Source: Octopus sinensis (Eukaryota). Taken from it: a stretch of 64,000 bases of DNA. The notes under the pieces are model-generated. The model made no database searches. It was given only the letters and a program-made list of their open reading frames with translations, and was not told where the DNA came from. A program made the position numbers and the translations under genes. Positions 23,290 through 37,665 of this stretch are shown piece after piece (positions within the stretch are counted from its first letter, which is position 1; the number at the start of each line of letters is the position of its first letter). The stretch lies in contig NC_043006.1 in the NCBI RefSeq assembly GCF_006345805.1, positions 93,372,001-93,436,000 on the forward strand, written 5' to 3'.

Positions 23290-24010
23290 TTAATTATTTC
23301 GGGACACCATGGACCACTCAAGCAGGGTGTTGTTCTTGATTGAGACTTATCCAGGTGTTAGTGGTTTACCCGGTATTTCCTGAAGGAATTTGTCCAGGTA
23401 GCGTTTGAAAGTTGTGGGATCTTTTTCTATTTTAATTTCTTTCGAGGGAATATTGAAAAGAGCAGGAAAACTTGTAGTGAAAAATTGTGCCGCGATGTTC
23501 TCATGTGATGTGATCTCGACCTCTGTAGGGGCCACATTGCACGGGGGTCTTTTCTTGGGTGAATTATAAACATAATACCATTTCGATAATATTGGCGAAA
23601 TATTTTCGACATGGTGCTTATAATGTATCGCTCACGGTGGCGTTGATCCCGCCATGCCATTTATTATTATTTTTCAGTGATTGATCTTTGTGACGCTTCG
23701 ATCTTCATGTCTTGTTTTTTGGAGGTGGGGGGGCACAATGAGCAACATTATTCGAGGTGGGGCCTAGCGAATGTGGAAAAGAGAAGGGTGATGGTTTCAT
23801 GATCCCTAGATTGAAAAGTCCTGATGATCCGTGAACACATTCTGCGGGCAACATCGACGTTTTTGTTGATGTGCCCACTTCAACCAAGGTTGCTGTCGAC
23901 AGTAACGCCTAAGTCTCTGATATAATCCAACGGTTCACGTAGGTCTCCGGACGGTTGTGTATATGGCTCTTTTCCAAAGTGGAAGAGCTCGAATTTTTCT
24001 TCGTTCTGCT
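23290..24010 (-). mobile_element. CR1/L2-group LINE fragment (RT C-terminal/thumb), degenerate
   Basis: Minus translation NEEKFELFHFG...IRDLGVTVDSNL...RIIRTFQSRD...RPHLE, QRHRERYII, FKRYLDKFLQEIP. Confidence 0.8.
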
Positions 24011-24204
24011 GCATGTTTTTTTTTTTTTTTTCGTGTGTGTGTGCCTAGTAGGTTACTACTCATAGGTCCTATCGAGGCATCGTTCGATGATAATCTCCTT
24101 TAAAGCCTTTCTGAAGCTTTGAGTCATCTGCAATATTTTAATGGTGCTATGTTTAATGGAATTTGCAACGTCATTGATGGGCTTCTTCCAGTTTCCTCCT
24201 ACTA

Positions 24205-24350
24205 TATCCACTCACAAGACATTGGTCGGCCCGAGACTTTAGTAGAAGACACTTGTCCGAGCTGCCACGCAGTGAGGTTGAACCCAGAATCATGTGGCTG
24301 GAAAGTAAGCTTCTTACCACACACCCACGACTGCAACTGCACCTTCAGCA
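24205..24350 (-). mobile_element. SINE 5' half (second family)
   Basis: ATCCACTCACAAG...AGTAGAAGACACTTG...GGTTGAACCC...CTTACCACAC. Confidence 0.75.
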
Positions 24351-27262
24351 AAGCCTATGACTAATACATATGAAATATAATAATAATTGTCTAGACTCAG
24401 ACGCAACAATTCACGTGCGGTTCCGAAGATAGTTTCGCAAACTTGACTTTGCTGGCTCGATATATTTTCCTAGATCATTTCTCGATCGAGCCGATTCACT
24501 TCCTGTTACATTGGGTCAGCTCCTTTTATTTTAGGGAGAATTTCATCTATGACTCATGGATAAAATTTGGTGGATGGAAACAGCTCGGAAGCTCGATGTA
24601 CATTGGTTTGTGTGCGCACATTTTTCTTTTTTGTTGTGTGTAAATGTTTGTGTGCGGTTTATTATTGCACACACACACACACACACATGTATGTATGTAT
24701 GTATGTATGTATGGAAAGAAGAGGTGTATGGCAGAGCAGGAGAAAATATGAGATTTGTTTTTGAAAATGCACGTGAATTTGAAAAACTTGTTTTTAAATA
24801 ATTTTAGTTCAATACATACCAAATTAGTTTCAACAATGTTTTGTTTATCAATAGTATAAACGTATATAAAACCATGGCATTTTAGCAGGATTTAAAATTT
24901 TGAAGTAGAAAACATCACAAAATTCAATGATAGGGGTAGATAATATCAAAAATGATCGGCAAAGAATATAAAGAATTGTGAATTACCAAACGTTCGGTCA
25001 TATTGAGTTATTATAGAATACGTGGAGAAGGGAATGAAAGAGGAAAAGAAGAGAGTAAAAAAAGTAGGAATCTTACAGTTTCTGTCGTCCTACGTTTTGT
25101 TCTTTTTCCGCAGAGTACAAGCCTTTACGCTTTAAACGGAGTATTTTGGAATCAGAGAATAGCTTGTGGATACATATATTTTTTTGTGAATGGATCTAAG
25201 TTTTGATTCGTTATTATTCTGATGACATCTTATTCTTTTGGTGGATGTTTTTGGTCAAAAAATAGGTTTTGTTTTGTCATTGGTGTTTTGGTTGTTTCCC
25301 TGTACATAGGAACAGGTTTTGATTGGTGGTAGGTTTCGTGACGACAATTTATTTTGATAAACAACCTTTCTTTTGTCTTGGTCAGGTTTGGCGTTCTGCT
25401 TGGTTGACTTCCCCGTTGATTCTCTTAAGGGGTTAGTTTGTTTGTTTTTCCTGAGGGTCCGGTTCTGATTGGAGATAAAATTTCATTGGTCCAGTGATAA
25501 TTGAGGTCAGCGACTGGTATTTGAGATGCTGTATGGTGTTATTGTATAGTGATTTGGAGATGCGGTTTCGAAACCCAGGAGGAAGACTGTTACAAAAGTT
25601 TTAGAATTATATCTGCTGTTTTTGTTTTTTGTTTTTTTTGTTGTTTTTTTTTGTGTGTGGAGAAATTGAAATTTTCTTCTTACAAGTGTATAATTAACGG
25701 ATATTTAGTTGCAGTTTATATTTTCTTTTGAGCATGCTTTATTTATTCAATCGGAATTGGGTTAAAGTGTTTCCGGTTCATTGATAGGAAGATTTAGTAT
25801 TACGGGTTTATGTCTGCGGGACATTGATCTAAAAGAATCAACCAACTGGAACGGTTGATGACCATTCTGACAGGGAAGTCAACTAAGCAGAACACTAAAC
25901 TTGACCAAAACAAAAAACGGGTTCTTTATCAAAAAAATAAAGAGAGAGAGGGGGGAAGATACGCATATACACATATTATATATCAGTATATGTATATCTA
26001 TGTAATACATATATGGCTGTGTATTTACACATGTATGTGTGTGTGTCTGTATAGGGGTGGGTGTGTGGGTGCATCAAAGTTTGTGTGTGTGTATGTTTCT
26101 ATGTGTGTATTTGCTTTCCTGTACACTAAGAAACAAAAGAATATTCGATGGAAGCATTAACCAATTCTCATATAAAATTCTTAGAGAAAGTATTGATATC
26201 TTTTGTTGTGAATAAGAAATATCTTAAAGTCTTAGTTGACTAAGAAATTACACACTTTAATGAAACCTGCCTGGATTAGTAACCTCGAATTTCTCTCTGA
26301 TCCCTTGCATGACGTTCAATTAAGAGTTCAATCGAGAATTTATACAGAAACTATCCCAAGCCGGATACGTGTCTTAATTTTCTATTTGTTTTTTACGTGC
26401 ATATATATCTAAAACCCAACTGAAACTAATATCTAAAGATAACAGCAACCAAAAACTATAAGTCGGCCAGTAATTTGCTTAAGATTATGTCTGTTACTGC
26501 AGAGGATTTATCAATTTTCCTTCTGTATTCACTCTATATTGGAGAAATGAAAGAACTACAGAACATCCGATTAACGTTGATGCTCTTTTTCCTCTTATTT
26601 CAAACTTCATTGCTTTATCGATTTAGCTTTTATTATTTCCCATTACCCTATATATCTGAAACAAATAACTATTCAGGATGGAGTAATAAAGGCAAAAATA
26701 AGTAAAGTATATAAACAAGTTTTAGAATGGAGCGATGCTTGTGTGGGATTGATTTATACAAAGGATACAAATAGCAAATATTGAATAGGACCATTTCACG
26801 GTTGGGAGATAAGTGATTGAACTGTCAGTACAGTTGCTGTCATATTCGAATCGAATAAGAAAGCTTCACTGATACAGCAATGCTGAAATTGCTCCTTTTG
26901 AAGTTCTTTCAAAGGAATATTTCATATCCATGTCTACCACATTAAATATATATTGTATTTAACAAACAATTTATTGAAAAATTGGGGTTGTATTAGTTAC
27001 TTTGTAAATTGTCTTTCATTCTTCCATAACCCTGTTACTCTGTGCTCTGCTGATGCCGTGTTGGTCTTTTAATTATTGCAATATATCATAATGTGGATAG
27101 AAACAGAGTGCAATGCAGAGACAAACGGAAATGTATGAAATGAGGAGAAAGTATGAAGACGCACACCGGGAACACAACCAGCATATAGGCGCATCATATA
27201 TACATATATAGGTGTATGTGAGCGTATGTATGTATATATGTGTGGGCATATGTTCATATGGT

Positions 27263-27315
<53 letters not shown>

Positions 27316-28182
27316 CTCATATGTATATATATACTCATATGTATATATATATTTATCTATATATACGTATGTTTATATGTGTATAAATATATATATAAAT
27401 ATGTATATACGTATATATGTGTGTTTTTCGTTGTAGGTGTGTGTGTGTGTGTGTGTGTGTTGTGTGTGTGTGTGCACCCAGGATCATAGAAGCAATATGG
27501 ATAATACTCATGCATACACAAACAATATTTAGATAGATTTTGTTCATCTTATTAAGCGTTGGTTATCCATTTGCTAAAATATTGGGAAGCAAATTATTTC
27601 AATTGATTGCTTCGAGCAGAGAATCAATTTTGTCACCAGACCTATCTGTTTAGTATTTTTGATCTTTCTATTAACTTATGTTGGGGAGAGGCCTTGCTTT
27701 TCGTTTTGTTTCCGCTTCAATATGAGTTCATTGCTGTAATATAAATGAACGCTCGAAAGTAGGTCAACCATTTATAGTTATTGAAATTTTACCATCATTG
27801 ATATATTTAGTATATTGGTCAGCAGAAAAGTTTGGAAAGAATACAAATGCATGATCTATTCTATAAAGAAATGGGACATTGTGATTTTAATTCTGTTCAG
27901 CAAATAAGTTTGTTTTTAACGATTATTCTTTGCTGTATATATCATTCACCCATATTTTATTGCATTTTCCGCTATAAACAAAATGTAGAATATGTTCTAA
28001 TGTAAAATAATATATAGGACAATATATTGGATATAAAGTGCTAAAAAGGGTTAATGGCTGAGATTAACTTCATATCCTAACTAAATCAGGTTTATGTAGT
28101 TGGAATTAAACCTCGAATATTTTTACATGATACGCCACACTGAACCGTATACAAAAATATTGTAATTATTTGTAAACAGGAA

Positions 28183-28375
28183 GGTGGCGAGTTGGCAGAA
28201 TGGTTAGCATGCCGGACAAAATATTTAGCGGCATTTCGTTTATTTTTACGTTCTGAGTTCAGATTCCACCGAGGTCGACTTCGCCGTTCATCCCTTTCGA
28301 GGTTGATGTGATATTTGGAATCGACTGACTCCCAACCCTGTAATTTCTAGTTTTGCGCCAAAATTAGAAACTAAT
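28183..28375 (+). mobile_element. SINE (first family head/core, alternative tail)
   Basis: GGTGGCGAGTTGGCAGAATGGTTAGCATGCCGG...GAGTTCAGATTCC...GGTCGAC. Confidence 0.75.
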
Positions 28376-28794
28376 AGTTTGGGAACAATAAATTCCAGCT
28401 CGCCGTCATTTGCAAGCGTGTTTGGTTCAGTAACATCAACAGCGCTTTCGTTCATCGTTTTGGATGCCGGTGTAATGGAGAGCAGAAATAGACATCCTCT
28501 CCTACCATTGACTCAGCGGAACAACAAGGATTAGATTCCTGGAGCAAAAAGGATTGTAACAGTTCCACTACCGTTACTTATTACAGTTATAGCAACCAAA
28601 TGAGAGTTAAACGATGTGCCTTACTCATTGACACAACGCACCGCTTCATCCAAGAATAGAGCGCGCTATATTATGATAGTCGGTTGAAGCTCCAGCATCC
28701 ATAATGCTTGTTACCCTGTCGCCAAAGATCACAACATTTCCTCTGAACAGGAACCCAGTTCGTTGCAAAGTTCAAACCCAGCAGATTTGACAAG

Positions 28795-28995
28795 TCGATT
28801 ACATCGATCTATCACTCCCCTCTCCTCACTACCACTATCCGTACGTGACTGGTACTTTATTTCCTCGACCCCGATTGGATGAAAGGCAAAGCTGGATTCG
28901 GCAGAATTTGAGCTCAGAATGTAAAAAAAACGGAGGAAATTCCGTTAAGCATTTTGTCCGACGTGCTTAACATTCTGCCAGTTTATTGCCTTCCA
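28795..28995 (-). mobile_element. SINE (first family)
   Basis: Reverse complement of head/core: GGTACTTTATTTCCTCGACCCC...GAAAGGCAAAG...AGAATTTGAGCTCAGAA. Confidence 0.7.
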
Positions 28996-29264
28996 CGGTA
29001 TATTGTAGTAATTTGATATGTGACTTTCGAACTTTCGATTTCCTTCGGAATGTTATTAAACGGGGGAAGAAATAAAATGTTTTATGGCTACATTTCTCGG
29101 AAAAACACGTTAACGATCAGGAGGAAACAGATGAATAAGTCATCTCTGCTGTCTTTTCACTGACCACCACCAGAATTTTCCTTACGACATTGCATATCTT
29201 CCTGGCAAAAATAGCTATCAAAGTAACATAAGATCTCACACGATTTGGTGGGTATTTTTTTAAA

Positions 29265-29645
29265 GTGATAGGGTAAGAAGCTTGCCTTCTAACTACGTAG
29301 TTCAGAGTTCCATCTCAGTGCGTGGCAAATTGAGCAAGTGACTTTTCTATAGCCTCGGGCCAACCAAAGCCTTGTGAGTGGATTTGATAGACGGAAACTG
29401 AGAGAATCCCGTCGTGTGGGAGGGCGTGCGTGCACATGCATGTGTTTTGTGTCTGTGTTTGTCTCCAACGAACGGTGGTGCGTTTACGGCCCTGCAACTT
29501 AGCGGTTCGGCAAAAGCGACTGATAAAATAAGTACCAAGCTTTGAAAGATAAGTTCTGGGGTCGATTCGTTCGACTAAAATTCCTTCCAGGTGGTACTCC
29601 AGCAAGGCCACAGTCTAATGACTGAAACAAGTAAAAGATAAAAGA
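29265..29645 (+). mobile_element. Near full-length SINE (second family)
   Basis: GGTAAGAAGCTTGC...TATAGCCTCGGGCCAACCAAAGCCTTGTGAGTGGATTTG...GACTGAAACAAGTAAAAGATAAAAGA. Confidence 0.85.
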
Positions 29646-29959
29646 CCTTACATAAAGTATACTTATATATCTCTAACAAATGTAGGGAATGTCACGGATG
29701 GAACATTTAATCATAGATTTTTCAGGATTTACCTGGATCTAACAACAACAACGATTACAATAACAAAAGTTCAGAAATACACAAGACAATGATTCGAACA
29801 AGGCCAACATTGTTCCACATGTAATTGACTAGTGCACGTGACAGAGTTCCTACATGGTCGTTTCACCTGAACATGCTGAACCTAGGAAAATCCTGTCTCA
29901 AATCACACCTGCTAATTTCAAAAATAAGAACTATATATTGATTTCGAAGCCTGGCTCAA

Positions 29960-30145
29960 GGTTAGCAATTTCTGGAAAGGGGATAACTCGATTACATTGA
30001 TCCTAGTGTTCAGCTGGTACTTATATTATCGATCCTGAAAAGATAAAAAGCAAAGTCGACCTCAGCGTAATTTGAACACGGAACGTGAAGATGAACGAAA
30101 AACCGCAAAGCATTTCACCCGGTGCGCTAACGATTCCGCCACCTC
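29960..30145 (-). mobile_element. SINE (first family)
   Basis: GGTACTTATATTATCGATCC...AAAGCAAAGTCGACCTC...CGCTAACGATTCCGCC. Confidence 0.7.
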
Positions 30146-30834
30146 AAAGCCTTAATGAGAAGTATTTATTGATAATATATTCTATGATGTTTCTGCAAAA
30201 ATGATAAAAATAATAGCAACACCCACAACAACTAGAATGGAGAAGATAATACTGAGTGCAAAACGTGTCTAGGCTGCAACATTGCATCTCATACGATCAA
30301 CATCACTCCGACATTCGAAACTCCGAGTACTATAATGACAACTTATGTTTGTCCTAAATTATATACAGCTTATCGTGAATGTTTTTTAGAATGCCAAATA
30401 CGGCGGTATTCACCTGAAGAGAAACTCTCATATGGATGCATGATGCATAAGCCTACACATATTTATATCGTTGGCGGACGAGAACCGTCAGCTGCGGGCG
30501 TCATAATTGTTAGACCACATGATTTTGACGTACTGTATTTCTTCAGTGACAGCCATCCGATCACCGCATACAAGCAGTCATGTCAGGGTAAATACAGCAG
30601 GATTCGGCGCTGTAACAGAACATTCTACATAGCATATATAATCAGATGCGGAAAATAGTATAGACACACACTATATATATAGATAAAGCTGAAAATTGTT
30701 GAGGCAGAAAATACGTAGAGATAGGTAAAAAAATAATTATATTGACACAGTATGTTTAGATATATACCAAAAATTATATAAGACTACATATACAGAATCA
30801 GATTAAAAATTAGATTGGCAGAGTAAATTTTTTG

Positions 30835-31125
30835 CCTTTAATTTGTTTCAGCCATTGGACTATTGCCATACTAGTGCATAGCTTCGAAGGGTTACTAAAA
30901 TCGACCCCAGCACAGTCTGGTATTTATTATATCCCTGTATTCTACCGGACACAAAGTTATGCGTCTATAAACAGACCAGCATCGCTGGTGTGAACAAACA
31001 CAAAGACGCACATGCACGACCCAAGTTTATTGTAGGATTCTTGCCCACGGTGCCGGACAGTGGTAGGACTGAAACCAGAAACGTGTGGTTGCCAAGCGAG
31101 CTTCTTAACCTTACAGCCATGCCGA
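30835..31125 (-). mobile_element. Diverged SINE (second family)
   Basis: TTGTTTCAGCCATTGG...ATCGACCCCAG...CAGCATCGCTGGTG...GCTTCTTAACCTTACAGCCATG. Confidence 0.6.
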
Positions 31126-31811
31126 AAATTTAATAAGCACCGCATAGTTATAATTCAATAATAATGTAGATAAAGCGTGTTTGTGTGTGTATGTCTGTGA
31201 GTGTGTGTAAGTGTGTAAGTGTGTGTGTGTGTGTGTGTGTGTACGGTTGTGTACAGTATAGATGCTGCCCATAGATGTTTAATAGGCAGAATCGAAATTG
31301 TTTTGTTTTTTTTCATTTGAGAGCAGTAACTAGTCGCAAAATGCCAGATACTCCTTTGCTTTCCCAGCAAGATGTAAATTTATCCAAAAACCATGAATTT
31401 CCCTTACAGCAATTTCGCAGAAGCTGGCAGACGCCGAGACTAAGATTCTTGGTCTGTATTAGATATAGAAACTACATTCCGCTATATTTGGTAAGAAAAG
31501 TAAAGAAAAAGAAACTCAGAATATTTTATCGTTAGTAATGAAATTTTCTCATAATCTATAGCTGAAGGCAACAGGTTAACGCCATCAAACGGATATTCGT
31601 ATTTCTCAGCTTTCCATTGTTCTTACAGAGGTAGAAACTTTAACTTGGTTAATTTCTAAGTCACAGTCGTTCATATATATCTGTGTGTATACATATAAAT
31701 ATATATATGCGTGTGTGTGTGTGTACGATATTGTTAGCCTGAACAAAAATTAGAGTATTGTATAGGAAGCAGGGTATATGTTATATGAAGCATATGTGTG
31801 TATGCGTGTAT

Positions 31812-31864
<53 letters not shown>

Positions 31865-32045
31865 ATATGAGCGTCCAATAACACTATACTTGTTCCACGT
31901 CCTCGCACTTTTGTGTTTTCTCTTTGTTCATCTTTGGATTACTGATATATATATATATAATTAAATGAGTGTAGAAAATGATATCGATCAATCAACAACA
32001 ATTTAAACCAGTGGTCTAGCATATTCAAAAAAATCCGAAGATTTA

Positions 32046-32590
32046 AAAATTATATTACAATTAATAAGAGGAATGACCACTAAAGTGGATTCCTATATGC
32101 TAAAGATAGACGTCAAATCGCTTTATCATTAAGGCTGTTTTCAAGAAAAATCTCAGCAAAATGCCAGAATGTAAAACTGAGCAAGACAAATGAGAATATA
32201 CAAAATAATAAGAATCCACTTTAGTGGTCATTTCTCTTATTAATTGTAATATAATTTTATTTTGCAGAACTGTACATGAGTTTTCTTTCGGGTGAACGTT
32301 TCTGTGTATAGTTCTGTGAAATATGTTTTGAAATGCAACAGACTACGTTGAGGAGATAAAGATATTTTCATTTTGCATTATGCAAATGTTAATAACGAAA
32401 TCATGATACGTTGGTAATCGTTTTATTTTGTATATTTTCATTTGTCCAACTTATTTTTTACATTCTGGCGTTTGCTGAGATTTTCTTTCCTTAAGAACAC
32501 ACTCTTGTGGTAAGGCGACTCGACGTCTATCTTTAGCATATTAGGAATCCATTTAGTGCTCATTCCTCTTATTAATTTTATATTACCTGA
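32046..32590. repeat. Nested inverted repeats (unassigned element)
   Basis: 32046-32091 inverted at 32212-32257; 32050-32210 inverted, more diverged, at ~32420-32585. Confidence 0.8.
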
Positions 32591-32619
32591 TTTCCACTTA
32601 GCTTAATAAAATTCGTCAT

Positions 32620-33050
32620 TGAAAACTAGATTTCCAACTGACCCTTTTCTGGATAACATTGTCGCAATTAATGAAAAGTTAGCTGTATAGCGGAAACGAT
32701 AATAGTTAACAGTCGATGCAAAGGAAAGTCTATCTCCAAGCCAAGAATACACCCGGATAAAGAAATGCACTGAATTTGATGGAATATGAAGAGTGTTAAA
32801 CAGTATGAAGAGCTCAACCAAAGGGAAACAGTTAATACGAAGAGGTATTGTATTCAAGTATTCAATTTAAAGTAAAATCTACTACCGTGGGTCCATCGTA
32901 AAGGAGTGTCGACTTTACTGGATAGAACACTACATACTTATTGCTCATGTGACAAAAAACCCATCAGAGAACTGCATGTGGCTGTTTTGCTCAATCTAAC
33001 TCTCATCTTTTTAGATCATTGTAATATTATTTAGCGGTAAACAGTGTATT
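32620..33050 (+). pseudogene. Degenerate mariner transposase fragment
   Basis: PFLDNIVAINEK (cf. PFLxRIVTGDEKW), WNMKSV...ETVNTKRYC, HRKGV; several stops and frameshifts. Confidence 0.55.
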
Positions 33051-33298
33051 AATTCTCCAAGAACTTAAAAATGATATTGGGTGATTCTGTACCTCGAAAC
33101 CTGAGGAGTTTTTCGCCTATAGAATCAATAATTTTCCAAATAGATGGGATTATGTTATCAATAATGAGGGGAATATTATCTTGATTAAATATATCAATTA
33201 AAACCAAAGTAGCCTTCGTTTCTTTCCCATCTTGAAACATGGTAGGACTTTATTTCCCACAAATATATGTGTGTGAGTGTGTGGGACTGACTGTGTAT

Positions 33299-33345
<47 letters not shown>

Positions 33346-33532
33346 CACAAACTATGTGTGTGAGAGAGAGATATGTGTGTGTAAGGGAGAGAGATGCATG
33401 TATGAGAGAGAGGGAGATGCGTGTGTGAGTGAGAGAAATGTGTGTGTGAGAGAGATGTATGTGTGAGAGAGAGATGTGTGTGTGTGTGTCCATACATAGC
33501 ATATATATCATAAGAAATTTTGCACGGAGAAA

Positions 33533-33585
<53 letters not shown>

Positions 33586-34399
33586 ACACAGAACAAGATG
33601 CAAATAGAATTAGGTTTTTATTTTACAATTTTCGTTAATTTGACTCCGGATTCAATGAGACGCTGAAGCTGTACAAATGCGTGATAAAATGTTATATGCT
33701 CTTCACTTGGTATGAATATCGGAACAAATTGCAAAATTGCATTTCAATAAATAATGACAAATTCCGTTTGGAAGATAAAAGCTTTTCAATAATACAGGAA
33801 TTCTAATTCGTGTCAGCTGCATATGTAATGTAAATTATATTGGTATTATATTGGTATTTTTAACTCCGTCGTTGTGTATATTACTTATGGGATATTTTCA
33901 TGTCAGTATGTAACTTACTCTTCGTCGAACTAATATATTATGGATGCATATACCGAAAACTTTGTGCTTATATTTTAAAAGGTAAAGAGCCTTAGTAAAT
34001 AATTAGTTATCATTTTTTTTAAATTCATTATCGTTAATGTTGTAGTTCTTTACCTGATTTAACTCCACCACCTGGTCTTTGGTTGCCCACATCAAAATTC
34101 TTTCAATGGCAAGAGTCTCTATTTTCAGAAAATACCCCTTCCGTTGTTCCACCAAATCACGAACTTTCTTAATAAAATAAGTATCATCGATGCTACACTT
34201 TGCTTTTTCTGACTAATCAGTAAATATAAACTGAAAAACCCCAATTATATACATTAAAACTTGACTTTCTGATTTAGAATTATGAGATTATCTTAGTGGA
34301 TTTCAGATGTCTAAAGCGGTCTTTGGTCTGACGTCTGTGACCATTGCTAGCTTCATCAACTCTTAATCCTCTGATTCACATAGGTGGTAATATCTGCTG

Positions 34400-35050
34400 T
34401 AGTTATTAATACAAACTTGTTACCAGTTCAAAAATGCTTGAGGCATATTTGAACCCGTAAGAATGCCAACCACTTTATTCTTTCAGGGAGATAATTTCTC
34501 GCCGTAGACAGATAGGTGTGAATAAACCAAGTCAGTTCGCAGCCCACCCTAACTAGACGGTGAGATGAACATATTTCTGAGTTATTTCTTCTTCTTCAGC
34601 AACAGACACCGGAAATGCAGATGCTGCGAATTGATACGAAGGATAGGTCACTCTTATGAAATTTCCGTTATAGTTCAATGACTGGTCGTACCATTCGGCA
34701 GCATGTGACAGCGTTAAGCAGTGATGTGTAAACTACAAACTCGTTATCTAATTCAAATATTCTTTAGGTGTAAATACACCGAGAAACCCCGTACTATATA
34801 GTTATTATGTTCCGAAGATGGAATGATTGGCATTACATTTCAATTCAGCAAATAATATGTTGGACTAAACGCATCTTTTGAGTAGTAGGACGCGATACAT
34901 ATCCAGATATTGCATCCTACTGCTCACTTGCATGCAATTATTCTAATGTTGGTGCAGCTTTCCATCGCTCCAGCAGCCACATTTGGGATTTGCCAAGACT
35001 GGAAACTGAGAGAATGTCTATATTCGCTCGCTACTAAATAGGCACCGGAA
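34400..35050 (-). mobile_element. Possible very old RTE-type LINE thumb remnant
   Basis: Weak similarity only (SWQIPN, NILFAEL). Confidence 0.3.
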
Positions 35051-36815
35051 AAAAAACTACCGGAAACATCAGGCATTTTAACAAGCCATGTTCGCTAGCG
35101 AATGACAGCTCGCTTTACTGGTGTTGCTGTAGTATTTTACATAACTTGTGTATTTTCTTGGCTTGTGACAGTGTAAATTCGAGTTATAACCGGAAAGATT
35201 TTGTATGTTGATGCACGCTTTTTTATCAGTTACTATTGTTGTATCTTTTGCCTTTCACTTGTTTCAGTCATTGATTGCGACCACGCTGGGGAATCACCTT
35301 GAGGAAAAATAGGAAACACTTCATAAATTTGTGTATCATCTTCGCAAAGGACCCGCTATATCCTTTATGTATCGTTCGGAATTTTCTAAATATAGATTCG
35401 AAGCAAGTAGTGTCTATTTTATAATTTCATTCTCTCGCATCTTACTTATATTTCATTTTAGGATCCTTCTACTTTAATAGTTCATAAACATCCTTGTGGG
35501 TAACATTTTGGTCAGAATGGACCGCAAAGATCTCACTGTACACAGATTCTTGTTCAGATTTTTCATAAATATATTTGAAAAGTTTACTTCGATCTCGCGG
35601 TCAATTGCAACAGATAGTCTAACAATATCGTATCCACATCGCTGTCATATAACGTTTGCTAAATGTTTATATCGCTTTTTATGTACACAACTTTCTAATA
35701 CTATTCAGGTCAAAGGGTCAGCCAAATAGATATAGCTGCGGATTCGATCACCTGTCATTGTCCATCCTATGTTTATACTATTCACGCATAAATAATGTGG
35801 CCACTTTCTTTATTGTGTTGGTAGCATAACATGTACTTTATATTATGGTATTGCATCAATATTTTCTTAAAGTTTTTATTTTCGTTTATCTTCAGCTTTT
35901 TCTTCTTTGGAATTAGTTACAATTTTTCTGGTATTCTTTGAGTAAGCAGCAACAATTCATTCCAATGTATCTTTGCGGTGATCCTGAAATTTAAACAACT
36001 ACCAAAGCTTCAATATTTCTGTGACACCTTGAATGGGATGAAGAAATAATACAGAGATACAAAAGCACGAGAAAGATCCTATCAACTTACATCAGATGTG
36101 AAAAATAATCCTGGATTGATTCCGACTAATATCGATGACTTCAAAACGTGCAGAGAAATTACTCTAGTATATATATATAATATATAGTATATACATACAT
36201 ACATTTATATATATATGATATACTTAAAAGAAATAATATGTTTAAGTACCAAATATTCCATGCCTAACAATTAATCGATAATGTTCAATCAGGGATATTA
36301 ACAGTAAGGATGCCTTTAATCCACTAAAGTCAAGGGATATTAGAGTTATGTGACTTTTCTAACGAAATATATTGTAGGAATCTTAACTTCAGCACGAATC
36401 TGCCATAGAGAAGAGTCCTACTTTCTCTCTATCTTTCTCTCTCTCGTTCTCCGTTTCTTCCTCTGTCTTTCTTTTTTTCTCACTTTCCCATCTCTCTCTC
36501 TCTCTCTCTCCCTCTATATATATGCATATATATACATGCATGTATACACACAGACATATATATATATGCATACTTGTCTGTATTTAGATATGTACATATT
36601 CATACACACGTAAAATATATGCACTTATATACATATATGCACACACACACAGACGCACATACATTATACACACACATGCATGCACACACGCATATCTGTC
36701 TATGTATCTATCTATCTATCTATCTATATACGTATATATATATATATATATATATTACCTATATATATTTACCTATATATATATATATATATATTTACCT
36801 ATATATATATATAAT

Positions 36816-36907
<92 letters not shown>

Positions 36908-37484
36908 TATATATACACATATAATCATGCACGTCTTTTCCATTCAGTAAACACCATTTTATAATAACGACAATCACGTTTTTACGCTATAAGAGAGTCA
37001 GAAACGCCTAATGCTTTTCGTGGAATATGGATCACGTTTAATCAGAAATTAAATTGATATTTCCACTTACATATAATTTCAAAGTGAAGGTTGCTCGAGG
37101 TTGTTTTCTTAGTGGTGTACAGGAAACCTTCATAATTTCGTTATGTTGAATACTGTTTTTAGTTCCATCCTAAATACAATAAACATGGCAATGAGATTAG
37201 TGATATGTGTTAGGATTATGCAGATGTTATATTTATTATTAATATTGTTTACAGAGCAGCTGAGCAATACATTGGCCGATTCAGAGCAGCGTCTCATAAA
37301 TGCTTTGCGGTATATAGTTATTTGTCTTTACGATTTTAGTTCAAATCCTACTGAAATAAGCATTGTTTTTCATAATCACTGGGTCGTGAAAATAAAGAGA
37401 TTTTTCTATCCAATGCTCGGCTTAAATTTATCTGTTGCCCGTTCCGAAGAATATCTGATTCTATATGAATACTATGATATTGGG

Positions 37485-37665
37485 TCCAGATTCGGGAATT
37501 GGGTAAGTTAGTTACATGCCCCCAGTGTTTAACTGGTACTTATTTTATCGACCCTGAAAGGTTGAAAGGCAAAGTAGACCTCGGCGAAATTTATACTCTG
37601 AACATAAAGATAAACGTAAAGCTGCCAAGCATTTTAACCACGGTGTTAACGATCCTGCCAATTCG
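37485..37665 (-). mobile_element. SINE (first family)
   Basis: ACTGGTACTTATTTTATCGACCCTGAAAGGTTGAAAGGCAAAGTAGACCTCGGC. Confidence 0.75.

Noticed and set aside
25230-25900. GT-rich stretch resembling a LINE ORF1 on the minus strand
   Set aside because: Only compositional resemblance; many stops, no motif.
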